DNA of 54,154 bases from Candidatus Tayloriibacteriota bacterium (GTDB lineage: Bacteria > Patescibacteriota > Minisyncoccia > Phycocordibacterales > CAIRYW01), in NCBI GenBank assembly GCA_029288615.1, contig JARIGV010000032.1, positions 1 through 54,154 on the forward strand, in the 5' to 3' direction. Position 1 is the first letter of the stretch. The number at the start of each line of letters is the position of its first letter. Below the pieces are notes generated by a model. The model made no database searches. It was given only the letters and a program-made list of their open reading frames with translations, and was not told the origin of the DNA. Below, in pieces: positions 1 through 8,598 of this stretch. Both the position numbers and the translations under genes were made by a program.

Positions 1-1287
1 GAACATAACTTTTTTAAAGGATTATTACCTATTCCTATATTTATCAATGCAATGCCAAATGAAAATGATTTGGAAGCTGTTGTAAATGAAATGCTTGCAA
101 GTAAAGTAAAAGAAGTGTTGAAAGGCAAAGCCCTAGAAATATATCAAGATACGGAAAAGCAAATTAGAAAACTACAAAGAACAATTTATGAAAGAGAGGA
201 TATAAATAAGTATAGGACTGGTGTGAATGATAATTTCTCACAATTATTTCCGGGTATTCAGTTGGCAATTTCTGAAAAAGATCCAGAGACAGTCATAAAA
301 GCAATTGATAAGAAGTTTACAATTCACTTCCAACATATTGATGGAGATGGTAAGAAGAATAATGATATGCCTCTTTCCTTTGATAATATAGGCCACGGAG
401 CAATTCGGATGGCGATTTTCACACTTTTCTTAATGAAAGATTTTACTGGAGATGAAAATTGTAAAAAGTTTATAGTGTTGTTTGAAGAACCTGAATTATT
501 TCTTCACCCTTCATTAACTAAGCAGTTAAGAAAGTTAATATACGGAGTAACAGATGATAAAAAGCCTTTTCAATTATTATGTGCTTCACATTCTCCTCAA
601 ATGGTCGATCTGACAAAACCAAAAACATCATTAGTTCGAATGACAAAAAATAATTCAACCACAAGATTATATCAACTTGATGAAGAAGTTCTTCTTGATA
701 GCAAAAAACAAGTAAAGCAGGAGCTATATGAAGCGTTAAGATTTAATCCATTTATATGCGAAGCAATTTATGCTGATGAAGTTATCCTTGTTGAAGGTGA
801 TACTGAAGCTGTTATATTGCGTGCGTATTTGCAAGAAAGACCTCCTAATAAAGATATCTTTATTGTAAATTGCGGATCAGTTACCAATATTCCTTTCTTT
901 CAAAAGATGTTTGCAAAATTTAACATCAAATATCATGTTATTTGTGATGCAGACGGAAAGTTAGATACAAAGATTGATGATCGGCTTAATCCAACTTTTT
1001 CGAGTGGAATACAAAAAAGTATTTATTCTGAATTGCAAAGAGTTTACAGCATGCCTGAATACTATCCTGGGATTTTAAGAGTACATGATGATAACTTTGA
1101 GGATGCACATAGCAAAATAGTACACGAGGATTTAAAATTTACATTTACTGATAAAGACATCTTAAAACATGGTAAGCCGTATTGTGCAAATATGTATTGG
1201 AATGATGTTTTGCGAGGAAATCTCCATCATCCAAATATAAATGATGTTCCAATAATAAAATATATTAGAGAAATCATAGCTAAATAA
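1..1287 (+). CDS. OLD-family ATP-dependent endonuclease (ABC ATPase + TOPRIM), 5'-truncated by window edge
   Basis: Frame is open from base 1. Walker B/D-loop FEEPELFLHP, H-loop ASHSP, TOPRIM VILVEGDTE and DxD (CDAD). Walker A lies outside the window. Confidence 0.85.
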   Translation, partial: EHNFFKGLLPIPIFINAMPNENDLEAVVNEMLASKVKEVLKGKALEIYQDTEKQIRKLQRTIYEREDINKYRTGVNDNFSQLFPGIQLAISEKDPETVIKAIDKKFTIHFQHIDGDGKKNNDMPLSFDNIGHGAIRMAIFTLFLMKDFTGDENCKKFIVLFEEPELFLHPSLTKQLRKLIYGVTDDKKPFQLLCASHSPQMVDLTKPKTSLVRMTKNNSTTRLYQLDEEVLLDSKKQVKQELYEALRFNPFICEAIYADEVILVEGDTEAVILRAYLQERPPNKDIFIVNCGSVTNIPFFQKMFAKFNIKYHVICDADGKLDTKIDDRLNPTFSSGIQKSIYSELQRVYSMPEYYPGILRVHDDNFEDAHSKIVHEDLKFTFTDKDILKHGKPYCANMYWNDVLRGNLHHPNINDVPIIKYIREIIAK

Positions 1288-1288
1288 C

Positions 1289-2272
1289 ATGCATGTAATT
1301 TTAGATACCAACATTCTAGTGAATAATTACAGATTGGATACCCCACGCTTCCAGGCATTATTTTCATACTTAAAGAAAACTAAATCAAAGTTGTTAATAC
1401 CTGAGTTGGTTATGAGTGAATTATTAAAGAAGTATAAAGAACATTTATTTGAGTATTCTGATAGGTTAAACAAAGATAATAGAATACTGTTTGGTGACAC
1501 TGAAATGTCTAATGTAGAACAACTTAATAATAAGTATCAGCAACAGCTTTTAAAGCTATTTAGCGATAAAAAAATAACTTTACTTAAAGCTAAAAATCAT
1601 GCCTCAAAAAAGCTTTTTGAGAGAGCCTTAAATGCAATACCTCCTTTTGATAGTAGCGGAAGAGGATTTAGAGATACTCTTATATGGCTTGATATTATTG
1701 ATACTATTAAAGATAGTCCTGATTACTTTTGCTTTATTACAGCAAACACTAAAGATTTTGGTTCAAGTAAGTTATCTGAAAATTTACAAAAAGATATAGG
1801 AACTAATCCAGAAAAATTATTATATTTTAATTCAATTGAGGCTTTTCTCACTGTATACGGAGAGCAAATATCTTTTATAGATAAAGATCTACTTCAAAAA
1901 TTCTTTAAGGATAAATGTAAGTTTCTTTTATCAGAAATAAATGTAGGTAACATTTCGCATTCAAGTATTGAAGAAATTCCAAGAGAATATGAAGTGATAT
2001 CTATTGAATACTTTGACATAGGGAATATCGATATTGATGACTTCTATATTTATGGTTCTGATGCTAATAATTATAAAATTCAAGTCGAATTAGGAGTAAG
2101 TCTAGAATTAGATGTATCAGTTTATAGTACTAGGAAAAATGATTTTGATGAGCCAGAAATTATAAACGGTTACACTTATTGCTGGATCGAGATTTCTCTT
2201 CTAATAAATAAAATCTCTCGTGAGATTGAAGTTGATAAAAATGTACCAATCTCAGTTGGATATGCGATTTAA
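1289..2272 (+). CDS. PIN-domain protein (PIN_12/DUF4935-like putative ribonuclease)
   Basis: N-terminal ILDTNIL, PELVMSE, GFRDTLIW and FITANTKDF motifs; starts 1 nt after the OLD stop. Confidence 0.75.
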   Translation: MHVILDTNILVNNYRLDTPRFQALFSYLKKTKSKLLIPELVMSELLKKYKEHLFEYSDRLNKDNRILFGDTEMSNVEQLNNKYQQQLLKLFSDKKITLLKAKNHASKKLFERALNAIPPFDSSGRGFRDTLIWLDIIDTIKDSPDYFCFITANTKDFGSSKLSENLQKDIGTNPEKLLYFNSIEAFLTVYGEQISFIDKDLLQKFFKDKCKFLLSEINVGNISHSSIEEIPREYEVISIEYFDIGNIDIDDFYIYGSDANNYKIQVELGVSLELDVSVYSTRKNDFDEPEIINGYTYCWIEISLLINKISREIEVDKNVPISVGYAI

Positions 2273-2448
2273 TCAACTTTGATGACCGCGCCAGGATAAA
2301 ATATGTATCTAGAAGTATAGTTCTAATACACAGAGGTAGTATCTTATTTCATATTATTAGGAGTATTTGAAGCAATAGTAGGTGTTTTTAATATGTAAGT
2401 TAGCCGTTGGCAGTCCTGAATGAACTGGTTCCAAAATTGAGGCGAGAA

Positions 2449-2634
2449 GTCCACACAAAAGAAACCGCGAAAGCGGTTTTTTCTTTTTGTGTGGACCCCA
2501 AGAAAGTGCTAAACGCACTTTCGGCGGACTCGAACGCCGGAGTATATTTTTGAGACCACTCAAAAATACGAGGTGGTGACCAGACTAAAGCGAGTGACTG
2601 GCGAGCTTTAAGTCGAGGGAGAGATTCCGCTGGG
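2449..2634. other. Multi-hairpin intergenic element with tRNA T-arm-like motif
   Basis: Inverted repeats 2449-2460/2485-2496, 2502-2509/2515-2522, 2545-2554/2559-2568 and 2583-2591/2605-2614. GGACTCGAA (reverse complement of TTCGAGTCC) at 2526-2534. Confidence 0.55.
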
Positions 2635-2735
2635 TGGGAAGAGGCCAGAAAACCACGATTTCTAGATATTAAAACTTTATAATTTCATTAGACTGCCGTG
2701 CTAGAATATAGCGTTTAAATATTTTCAAAACTTTA

Positions 2736-4649
2736 ATGGAGAAAAAGACCCGCAACGATTCAAATAAATCACCATTAGAAAATCTTTTTGAGCTCGCACA
2801 CCAAGAAGCGTATGGGCTTAATTATCTTATTGCACTCCTAAGGCCAAAAGGTGTAGCTAATGTGTCCGATCCACTTTGGGCTGCTTACCAAGAATCAAAA
2901 AACAAAAAAGCTATTTCAGTATCAGAGGAATTGGTCGTAGAAAGCTTGGAGCTTATTTATAATCTTTTGGAATTAACAGCCAACAAAGACTACAATCCTT
3001 TCCCTTTTTGTGTTGAAAGTAAAGATACTGGAACACTACGCAAGCTCAGTTTGTTGCAAGTTTCAGATTTTGTTTCAGCGAGTGCGGAGAGTTACGGCGA
3101 ATTTCTTTTAGCATCACTAGTGAAAAACACTTTTTCAAAAGAAGCGCTGGAAGCAGTTATTAAAAAATCGGAATTTGATTTATCAAAAATCCAAAAATTT
3201 CTTGGTAAGTTGTGTCATCTATATTTTGAAGCTAGACTGAAATTTAAACACGAGCCGCTCCGTAAACTACCCAATTTTGAAGTTTTGGAAATCCTATCAG
3301 ACGAGGAACATGGACTCTATGGCATCAACATATATTTTTCGAACGGGACACATGCAAATTATGAAAGAAAAAAGGACCAGAGAACTGGTTTAAATGTTCT
3401 TACAAATTACCCCATCCAATTTATGGTTGGTGATCTTTCTAAATTGAAACCAGAGTGGGTTGTAGGAGAAAAACGTTTATTTGAAATAGGACTAGAAGGT
3501 AGATACAACAAATGGGGGGGAGTGAGGCCCCTTTTTTACCCACGTGGTTCGGAGATTCTTCTAAAAGAAGCGCAGAACATAGCCAAAGGTGATAATACAA
3601 TTGCAGGTATTTTGTTTTATGTGATGTGCACAGGACATAGAATCATAGAATTTGTTGCAAAAACACCAATCGAAATGCCCTCAAATTCTTTTTCTCTTGG
3701 CGGAAGAATGCATTTATATAAATGCGAGCAAAGTGAGGAAAGTAGCCATAGCGCTAAAGACTTTATTATTTATGATGGTCATTATGAGCTAACTGACTTA
3801 GACCCACTTTCTATTAGGTCTGCTATTGCATCTATAACAGTTGGGTTAAATAGAATGGCTTTTTCCTACGATTCCTCAATTGAATGGTGCTTGAAATATG
3901 GAATTGAGAAAGAGGCCTCTACTCCCAAACCTACTCCGACGAAAGAAGATCTGAAAGTTCTAAACTCTATGTTGGTTGATTTTCCTAGTACTGACGATGC
4001 AATAGTCTTGGATATTTGTCTGGACTGGTATCATCGAGGTGAGTTATCAAAAAAGAAAAACGAGTTTGTTGCTTTTCTTTGCTACTACATTGCTCTTGAG
4101 AGTGTTGCGGTCGCAATTGCGGAGGGGGAAGCAGACCTAGGGCTAAACTATCAGAAAGATAGCAGTAGTGAGAGGAAAGCAAAAAAAATTGAAGGTATCA
4201 AAAAGATTCACGACGAACTTTACGGTTCTGATCCGGAGGGGTTTATAAGGCGTGCATATTTCGATCATGTAATCGGTTTGAAGCAGAAAGTTCGCAAGGT
4301 CGCAGAGCTTGTTTTTGGTGCTGACCACCTTTATATAAAGTCTCTTTTTGAAAAGTGGGATGGAAATGATTCTTTAAGTGATTTGAGGAGTAAATTAGCC
4401 CACGGAAGCATAACTCTTCTTGATCCCGATCATAAAAAACTTATTAAAAAGCGACTTTACGAACTGAGTGATATCGTTAAAGATTTTGTTAAAAAAATAA
4501 TTATTAAGCCCGATCAAGAGTTTCCGGAGTGGTCAGGTAAGCATAGTTTTTCTATATTTCCGAGCGACCCTAGAGACACAATGGTTGCAAGTGATGAGAA
4601 AATGTTTGGAACAAAAGATTGGAGAATAAAACCAGAATGGTTTGATTAA
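2736..4649 (+). CDS. Hypothetical protein with C-terminal HEPN-like domain (ApeA/MauJ-like)
   Basis: 637-aa ORF; FLCYYIALES helix followed by the Rx4H motif LRSKLAHG. Confidence 0.6.
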   Translation: MEKKTRNDSNKSPLENLFELAHQEAYGLNYLIALLRPKGVANVSDPLWAAYQESKNKKAISVSEELVVESLELIYNLLELTANKDYNPFPFCVESKDTGTLRKLSLLQVSDFVSASAESYGEFLLASLVKNTFSKEALEAVIKKSEFDLSKIQKFLGKLCHLYFEARLKFKHEPLRKLPNFEVLEILSDEEHGLYGINIYFSNGTHANYERKKDQRTGLNVLTNYPIQFMVGDLSKLKPEWVVGEKRLFEIGLEGRYNKWGGVRPLFYPRGSEILLKEAQNIAKGDNTIAGILFYVMCTGHRIIEFVAKTPIEMPSNSFSLGGRMHLYKCEQSEESSHSAKDFIIYDGHYELTDLDPLSIRSAIASITVGLNRMAFSYDSSIEWCLKYGIEKEASTPKPTPTKEDLKVLNSMLVDFPSTDDAIVLDICLDWYHRGELSKKKNEFVAFLCYYIALESVAVAIAEGEADLGLNYQKDSSSERKAKKIEGIKKIHDELYGSDPEGFIRRAYFDHVIGLKQKVRKVAELVFGADHLYIKSLFEKWDGNDSLSDLRSKLAHGSITLLDPDHKKLIKKRLYELSDIVKDFVKKIIIKPDQEFPEWSGKHSFSIFPSDPRDTMVASDEKMFGTKDWRIKPEWFD

Positions 4650-4655
4650 ATTAAA

Positions 4656-5603
4656 ATGAGAATTATAACTGACAAAGATTTGTCACCTAATCTACAAAGA
4701 ATTCTTTCTGTTATGGATCACACGGTTTTATTCCATAGCGAATATGGTTTAAAGCACCCTAGCGCTCTTTATAATTCGTCTCTAGGTAAAATTGAAAATT
4801 CTTTACGGGAATTTTTAGAAATATATAAGAAATATAAAGTAAAGGATTTTGAGAATCTGGAAAGAGAAAGTACCCCAATCTTAATGAAAAACTATAGAGA
4901 TTTACTTTATTGTTTTAGGGAACATCTTGATGATTGTTTTCACGTAATAAAAAGTTTTATTCCAAAACCATTGAATGAAAAACAGGATAGAAATCAATAT
5001 TCATGGTTAAATAAAAATGTGAAAAATTTAGTTAAAAACTTATTTGAAAATATTTCGGAATACAAAAAATACTTAGATGATATTGTAAATGAATTGAAGC
5101 ACAATAACGCATCTCTTTGCTGTGTTGCGTTCTATGATTCAAATGATGGCTCTCAAAACTGCTTAGGTTATTTTGTTGCAAATGTGATCAATGACGCTTT
5201 TGAGCCTATAACAAAAATTCATGCCAAGGTCGGCAACACCTACACCGCGTTCTCTTTTAGAAGGGATTTAATTTATAATATTGTGAACATTTACAATCTT
5301 TCTGAACAAATAATTAATTTCATTGAAAATGAAATCGGAATTAATTTGAATAAGTTGAACCCCGTGACCCAGATGGCACCGGATATTAAAAAACAATTAT
5401 TTAGAGATGTTATGTCTATGCCCCGCATTCATTTTCCAGACGAATATTCAAAAGATGTCCCAAGCTTATCTATTACAGAGGATGAAAAATTAAAATTAGA
5501 ATACCCTTCAATGCTTTCAATAAAACCAAATAGATTAAACAGGGTGGTGGTTAATCATTCCGGTGATGGTCACACGAGAGAATTTAAAATTCCCTATATG
5601 TAA
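4656..5603 (+). CDS. Hypothetical protein, possible divergent HEPN (Cthe_2314-like)
   Basis: 315-aa ORF 6 nt after the previous stop; LLYCFREHLDD and IVNELKH resemble HEPN segments but the Arg is absent. Confidence 0.45.
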   Translation: MRIITDKDLSPNLQRILSVMDHTVLFHSEYGLKHPSALYNSSLGKIENSLREFLEIYKKYKVKDFENLERESTPILMKNYRDLLYCFREHLDDCFHVIKSFIPKPLNEKQDRNQYSWLNKNVKNLVKNLFENISEYKKYLDDIVNELKHNNASLCCVAFYDSNDGSQNCLGYFVANVINDAFEPITKIHAKVGNTYTAFSFRRDLIYNIVNIYNLSEQIINFIENEIGINLNKLNPVTQMAPDIKKQLFRDVMSMPRIHFPDEYSKDVPSLSITEDEKLKLEYPSMLSIKPNRLNRVVVNHSGDGHTREFKIPYM

Positions 5604-5688
5604 TTACATTATTCTTGTCATTATTTTAATGATAAATTTTAACTAAAAATTTTATTTTTCTCCCCAATAATCTGCTACACTTACTCTC

Positions 5689-6672
5689 ATGCACGGTAAA
5701 ACCTCAATCATCTCCGCCCTCATCGGAAACATCCTCGTTACCTTTTTTAAAGCGATTGTTTTCTTCATCACCGGTTCAGCGAGCATGTTTGCTGAGAGTA
5801 TTCACAGCTTTGCCGATACTTTAAACCAATCTCTTCTTTTTGTTGGTGTGATCCGCTCAAAAAAGCCAGCGGATGATGTTCATGGCTATGGATACGGCAT
5901 CGAGCGATTCTTCTGGTCTCTCATTTCTGCTTGTGGAATTCTTTTTATCGGTGCCGGCATCAGTGTGTATCACTCAATTGATTCGCTTGTACTTAAAGGA
6001 AGCGAGACAGGGCTTAATTTTAATATTCTTAGCATTGTCGTTCTTCTTGTATCACTCGTTGTTGAAGGTGCAACATTCCTTATTGCTCTTAGAGAACTTA
6101 CAAAAGGGAAGAAATTCTCAAAAGAATTGTTTGAAGAGGCAGATCCTGTCCTTCTTGCTGTGGTATATGAAGATGGAGCGGCTGTCCTTGGTGTTATCGT
6201 GGCGCTTGTGGCACAAAGCATTACATATCTTACAGGCAATATCGCATACGATGCATATGGTGGAATTTTTGTAGGCCTTATCCTTGGAATCCTCGCAATA
6301 ATACTCATTCGAAAAAACTATCACTACATCATTGGTAAAGCGCTCGATGAAAAAACGAAAGAAGAGATCATAAAATTCATGGAAGAAGATCCTTGCGTGG
6401 AGCAAGTGGTCGAGTTTAAGTCTGTGGCGCTCGATGTAGGCAAATTTAGAATCTACGCCACAGTGGAATGGAACGGATCGCCTTTGTATGAATCGAACGA
6501 TCTACGAAAAGACTTTGATGATATTAAAGATGACTTCACAAACTTCACGAAACTCATGTTTAGACTTCTAGATCGTATTCCAAGACTCGTAGGGAATCGC
6601 ATCGATGTGATCGAAAAGCATATAAAGGAGAGGTTTCCACAGATTACGTATGTGGATATAGAAATTAATTAG
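5689..6672 (+). CDS. Cation diffusion facilitator (CDF) family transporter
   Basis: SASMFAESIHSFAD, HGYGYG, YED motifs; about six TM segments plus a soluble C-terminal domain. Confidence 0.9.
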   Translation: MHGKTSIISALIGNILVTFFKAIVFFITGSASMFAESIHSFADTLNQSLLFVGVIRSKKPADDVHGYGYGIERFFWSLISACGILFIGAGISVYHSIDSLVLKGSETGLNFNILSIVVLLVSLVVEGATFLIALRELTKGKKFSKELFEEADPVLLAVVYEDGAAVLGVIVALVAQSITYLTGNIAYDAYGGIFVGLILGILAIILIRKNYHYIIGKALDEKTKEEIIKFMEEDPCVEQVVEFKSVALDVGKFRIYATVEWNGSPLYESNDLRKDFDDIKDDFTNFTKLMFRLLDRIPRLVGNRIDVIEKHIKERFPQITYVDIEIN

Positions 6673-6695
6673 CCAGGTAGTGTAAAATTACATAT

Positions 6696-6926
6696 ATGGC
6701 AGACTTCGACACATCTCAGGCGAAAAAAGACCAAGACTATATTCTCGATAGAGTTGATACGATCTATAAAAGTCTTAAGGAAGATGTGGTTGATTACTAT
6801 TGGGAGCGTGAACCACAGGATGAAGAAGAGGATTTAGATAATTCGGGAGCAATACGGCGATATTTGAGACAAGCTGAAGAGAGAATTGAAGAACTCTTGC
6901 GAATTCTCGATCGGAAATTTGAATAA
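6696..6926 (+). CDS. Hypothetical acidic helical protein
   Basis: 76-aa ORF filling the gap between same-strand genes. Confidence 0.6.
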   Translation: MADFDTSQAKKDQDYILDRVDTIYKSLKEDVVDYYWEREPQDEEEDLDNSGAIRRYLRQAEERIEELLRILDRKFE

Positions 6927-6944
6927 ACACAATTCACTATTTAG

Positions 6945-8297
6945 ATGCACAACAATAATTCTCCCTGGATCTTTGAACTAAAAACAGATAGGAAATCCGA
7001 AACATTGAAGCGCGATGAGTCGGCGGATATTGCTATCATTGGCGCCGGTATTGCTGGTATTTCTACCGCTTTTTTTATATTGGAGAATACTAAAAAGAGC
7101 GTCATTCTCGCTGAGGGCTATAAACTTGCTCACGGAGCGACAGGACATAATGCGGGACAGGTACTCGCGTATATGGAGCGGCCTTTTAAAAGCATTGTTG
7201 ATGAATTTGGCCTCGAAATGGCTTGTGACGGGCAGAAATCGATTGAAACTGGCTGGACTTTGATAGAGGATATGTACACAAAAGCAGGACTTACCATCCC
7301 TTTCACACGATTTTCGGGAAGTTTTGCATTCGCAACGAAGGAATATGCCTTTGAGCACCTTGAAAGAAACTATTTGGTGCAGAAAGGTGGGCTTTTGCCA
7401 GAAGAAAAAGATTTTTGGATCGCGGATAATTGCCCATGGCTCGATGAAGCAAAGAAAAAATTTCCTGGAGCATTTAAGGTGGTGTCACAAAAAGAAATTC
7501 TTGAACGAGCTGATACACATGATGACGAGTATGTAGCTCTTTCTATTGATTCGATCGGCTGTGTGAACTCGGCTGCATTTTCTGAAGGAGTAGGGCAGTA
7601 TCTTTTAAAAAAATATCCCGATCGATTTAAATTTTTTGAATATACACCGATAGGTAAAGTGGTGCTTAAAGAAAATTTTGCGCTGCTTGATGCAGGAATG
7701 CATGAGATCATTGCAAAGAAAGTGGTGCTTTGTACAAATGGATTTGAAAATATTGAGATCTTTGATCGGAGTGGACTTGGTATCGATAAAAAATTTCACA
7801 AAGAAGTAAGTGGAGTGATTGGATATATGGGCGCAACGGTAAGTAAGTCTGAAAAATTCCCATTCAACTGCGCCTATTCAAAAAACCCGAAGGAACCATA
7901 CTTTTATGTGACTCGAAGACAGTATGATTTTGGTACAAGCGGCTTCTCAACACTGACATGTGTGGGTGGTCCCGAAATAAATCTTGAAGATAGGAAGCAT
8001 TACATTCGTGATTATGCATATCCCGAGGATGCAAAAGAGAAAATCGAGAACTTCATCAAAGAAACATATGGTGAAAAAGAAGAGAAGAAGTTCGAGAAAG
8101 CTTTTTTCTGGCATGGACTGATGGGCTATACAAAAAACATGCTAAGGCTCATCGGTGAAGAGCCACAAAATGAAATTCTTCTCTACAATCTTGGTTGTAA
8201 CGGCGTTGGCATCTTGCCGTCTATATATGGTGGATGGAAGATAGCAGAAATTCTCTCTGGAAAGAAATTTTCTCCATCAATTTTTGATCCGCAGTAA
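6945..8297 (+). CDS. FAD-dependent oxidoreductase (DAO/PuuB-like family)
   Basis: IAIIGAGIAG Rossmann motif, GATGHNAG, VVLCTNG, GCNGVGI. Confidence 0.85.
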   Translation: MHNNNSPWIFELKTDRKSETLKRDESADIAIIGAGIAGISTAFFILENTKKSVILAEGYKLAHGATGHNAGQVLAYMERPFKSIVDEFGLEMACDGQKSIETGWTLIEDMYTKAGLTIPFTRFSGSFAFATKEYAFEHLERNYLVQKGGLLPEEKDFWIADNCPWLDEAKKKFPGAFKVVSQKEILERADTHDDEYVALSIDSIGCVNSAAFSEGVGQYLLKKYPDRFKFFEYTPIGKVVLKENFALLDAGMHEIIAKKVVLCTNGFENIEIFDRSGLGIDKKFHKEVSGVIGYMGATVSKSEKFPFNCAYSKNPKEPYFYVTRRQYDFGTSGFSTLTCVGGPEINLEDRKHYIRDYAYPEDAKEKIENFIKETYGEKEEKKFEKAFFWHGLMGYTKNMLRLIGEEPQNEILLYNLGCNGVGILPSIYGGWKIAEILSGKKFSPSIFDPQ

Positions 8298-8598
8298 TAA
8301 TTTTAAGCGTTTTTTGAGATTAAAACTCATCAATATCTCTTCAACTTCTCCACAATTTATTTTTTTAATTTCATTATCATTTTCTTTTGAAAAACTGATA
8401 AAATTATCTTAAATAACGGCTCCAGTAGTAGCTCATTTGAGACGGGTGATGACAAGTGGAAGTAAATGTTTTTTTGATGGGAAAAAGGTGATTATCCCCA
8501 TGTCCGAGTGCATCATTTAGGAGTAGAATATCTTGGCTAACAACGCGGCGTTGATAGCAAAAATTAATAAAAAGTTATTTTTAAACAGTCGAAAACAA

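Noticed and set aside
2357-2563. 68-aa minus-strand ORF
   Set aside because: Runs across the hairpin element and has no protein-like features.
3514-3520. G7 tract in the HEPN-like gene as a phase-variation switch
   Set aside because: Short, the frame is intact and there is no evidence of length variation.
8524-8539. NrdR box upstream of nrdA
   Set aside because: Only the AATATCTTG core resembles the consensus and no second tandem box was found.
8533-8598. TTG-start N-terminal extension of nrdA
   Set aside because: The ATP cone begins at the ATG at 8599; the extension reads like AT-rich UTR.
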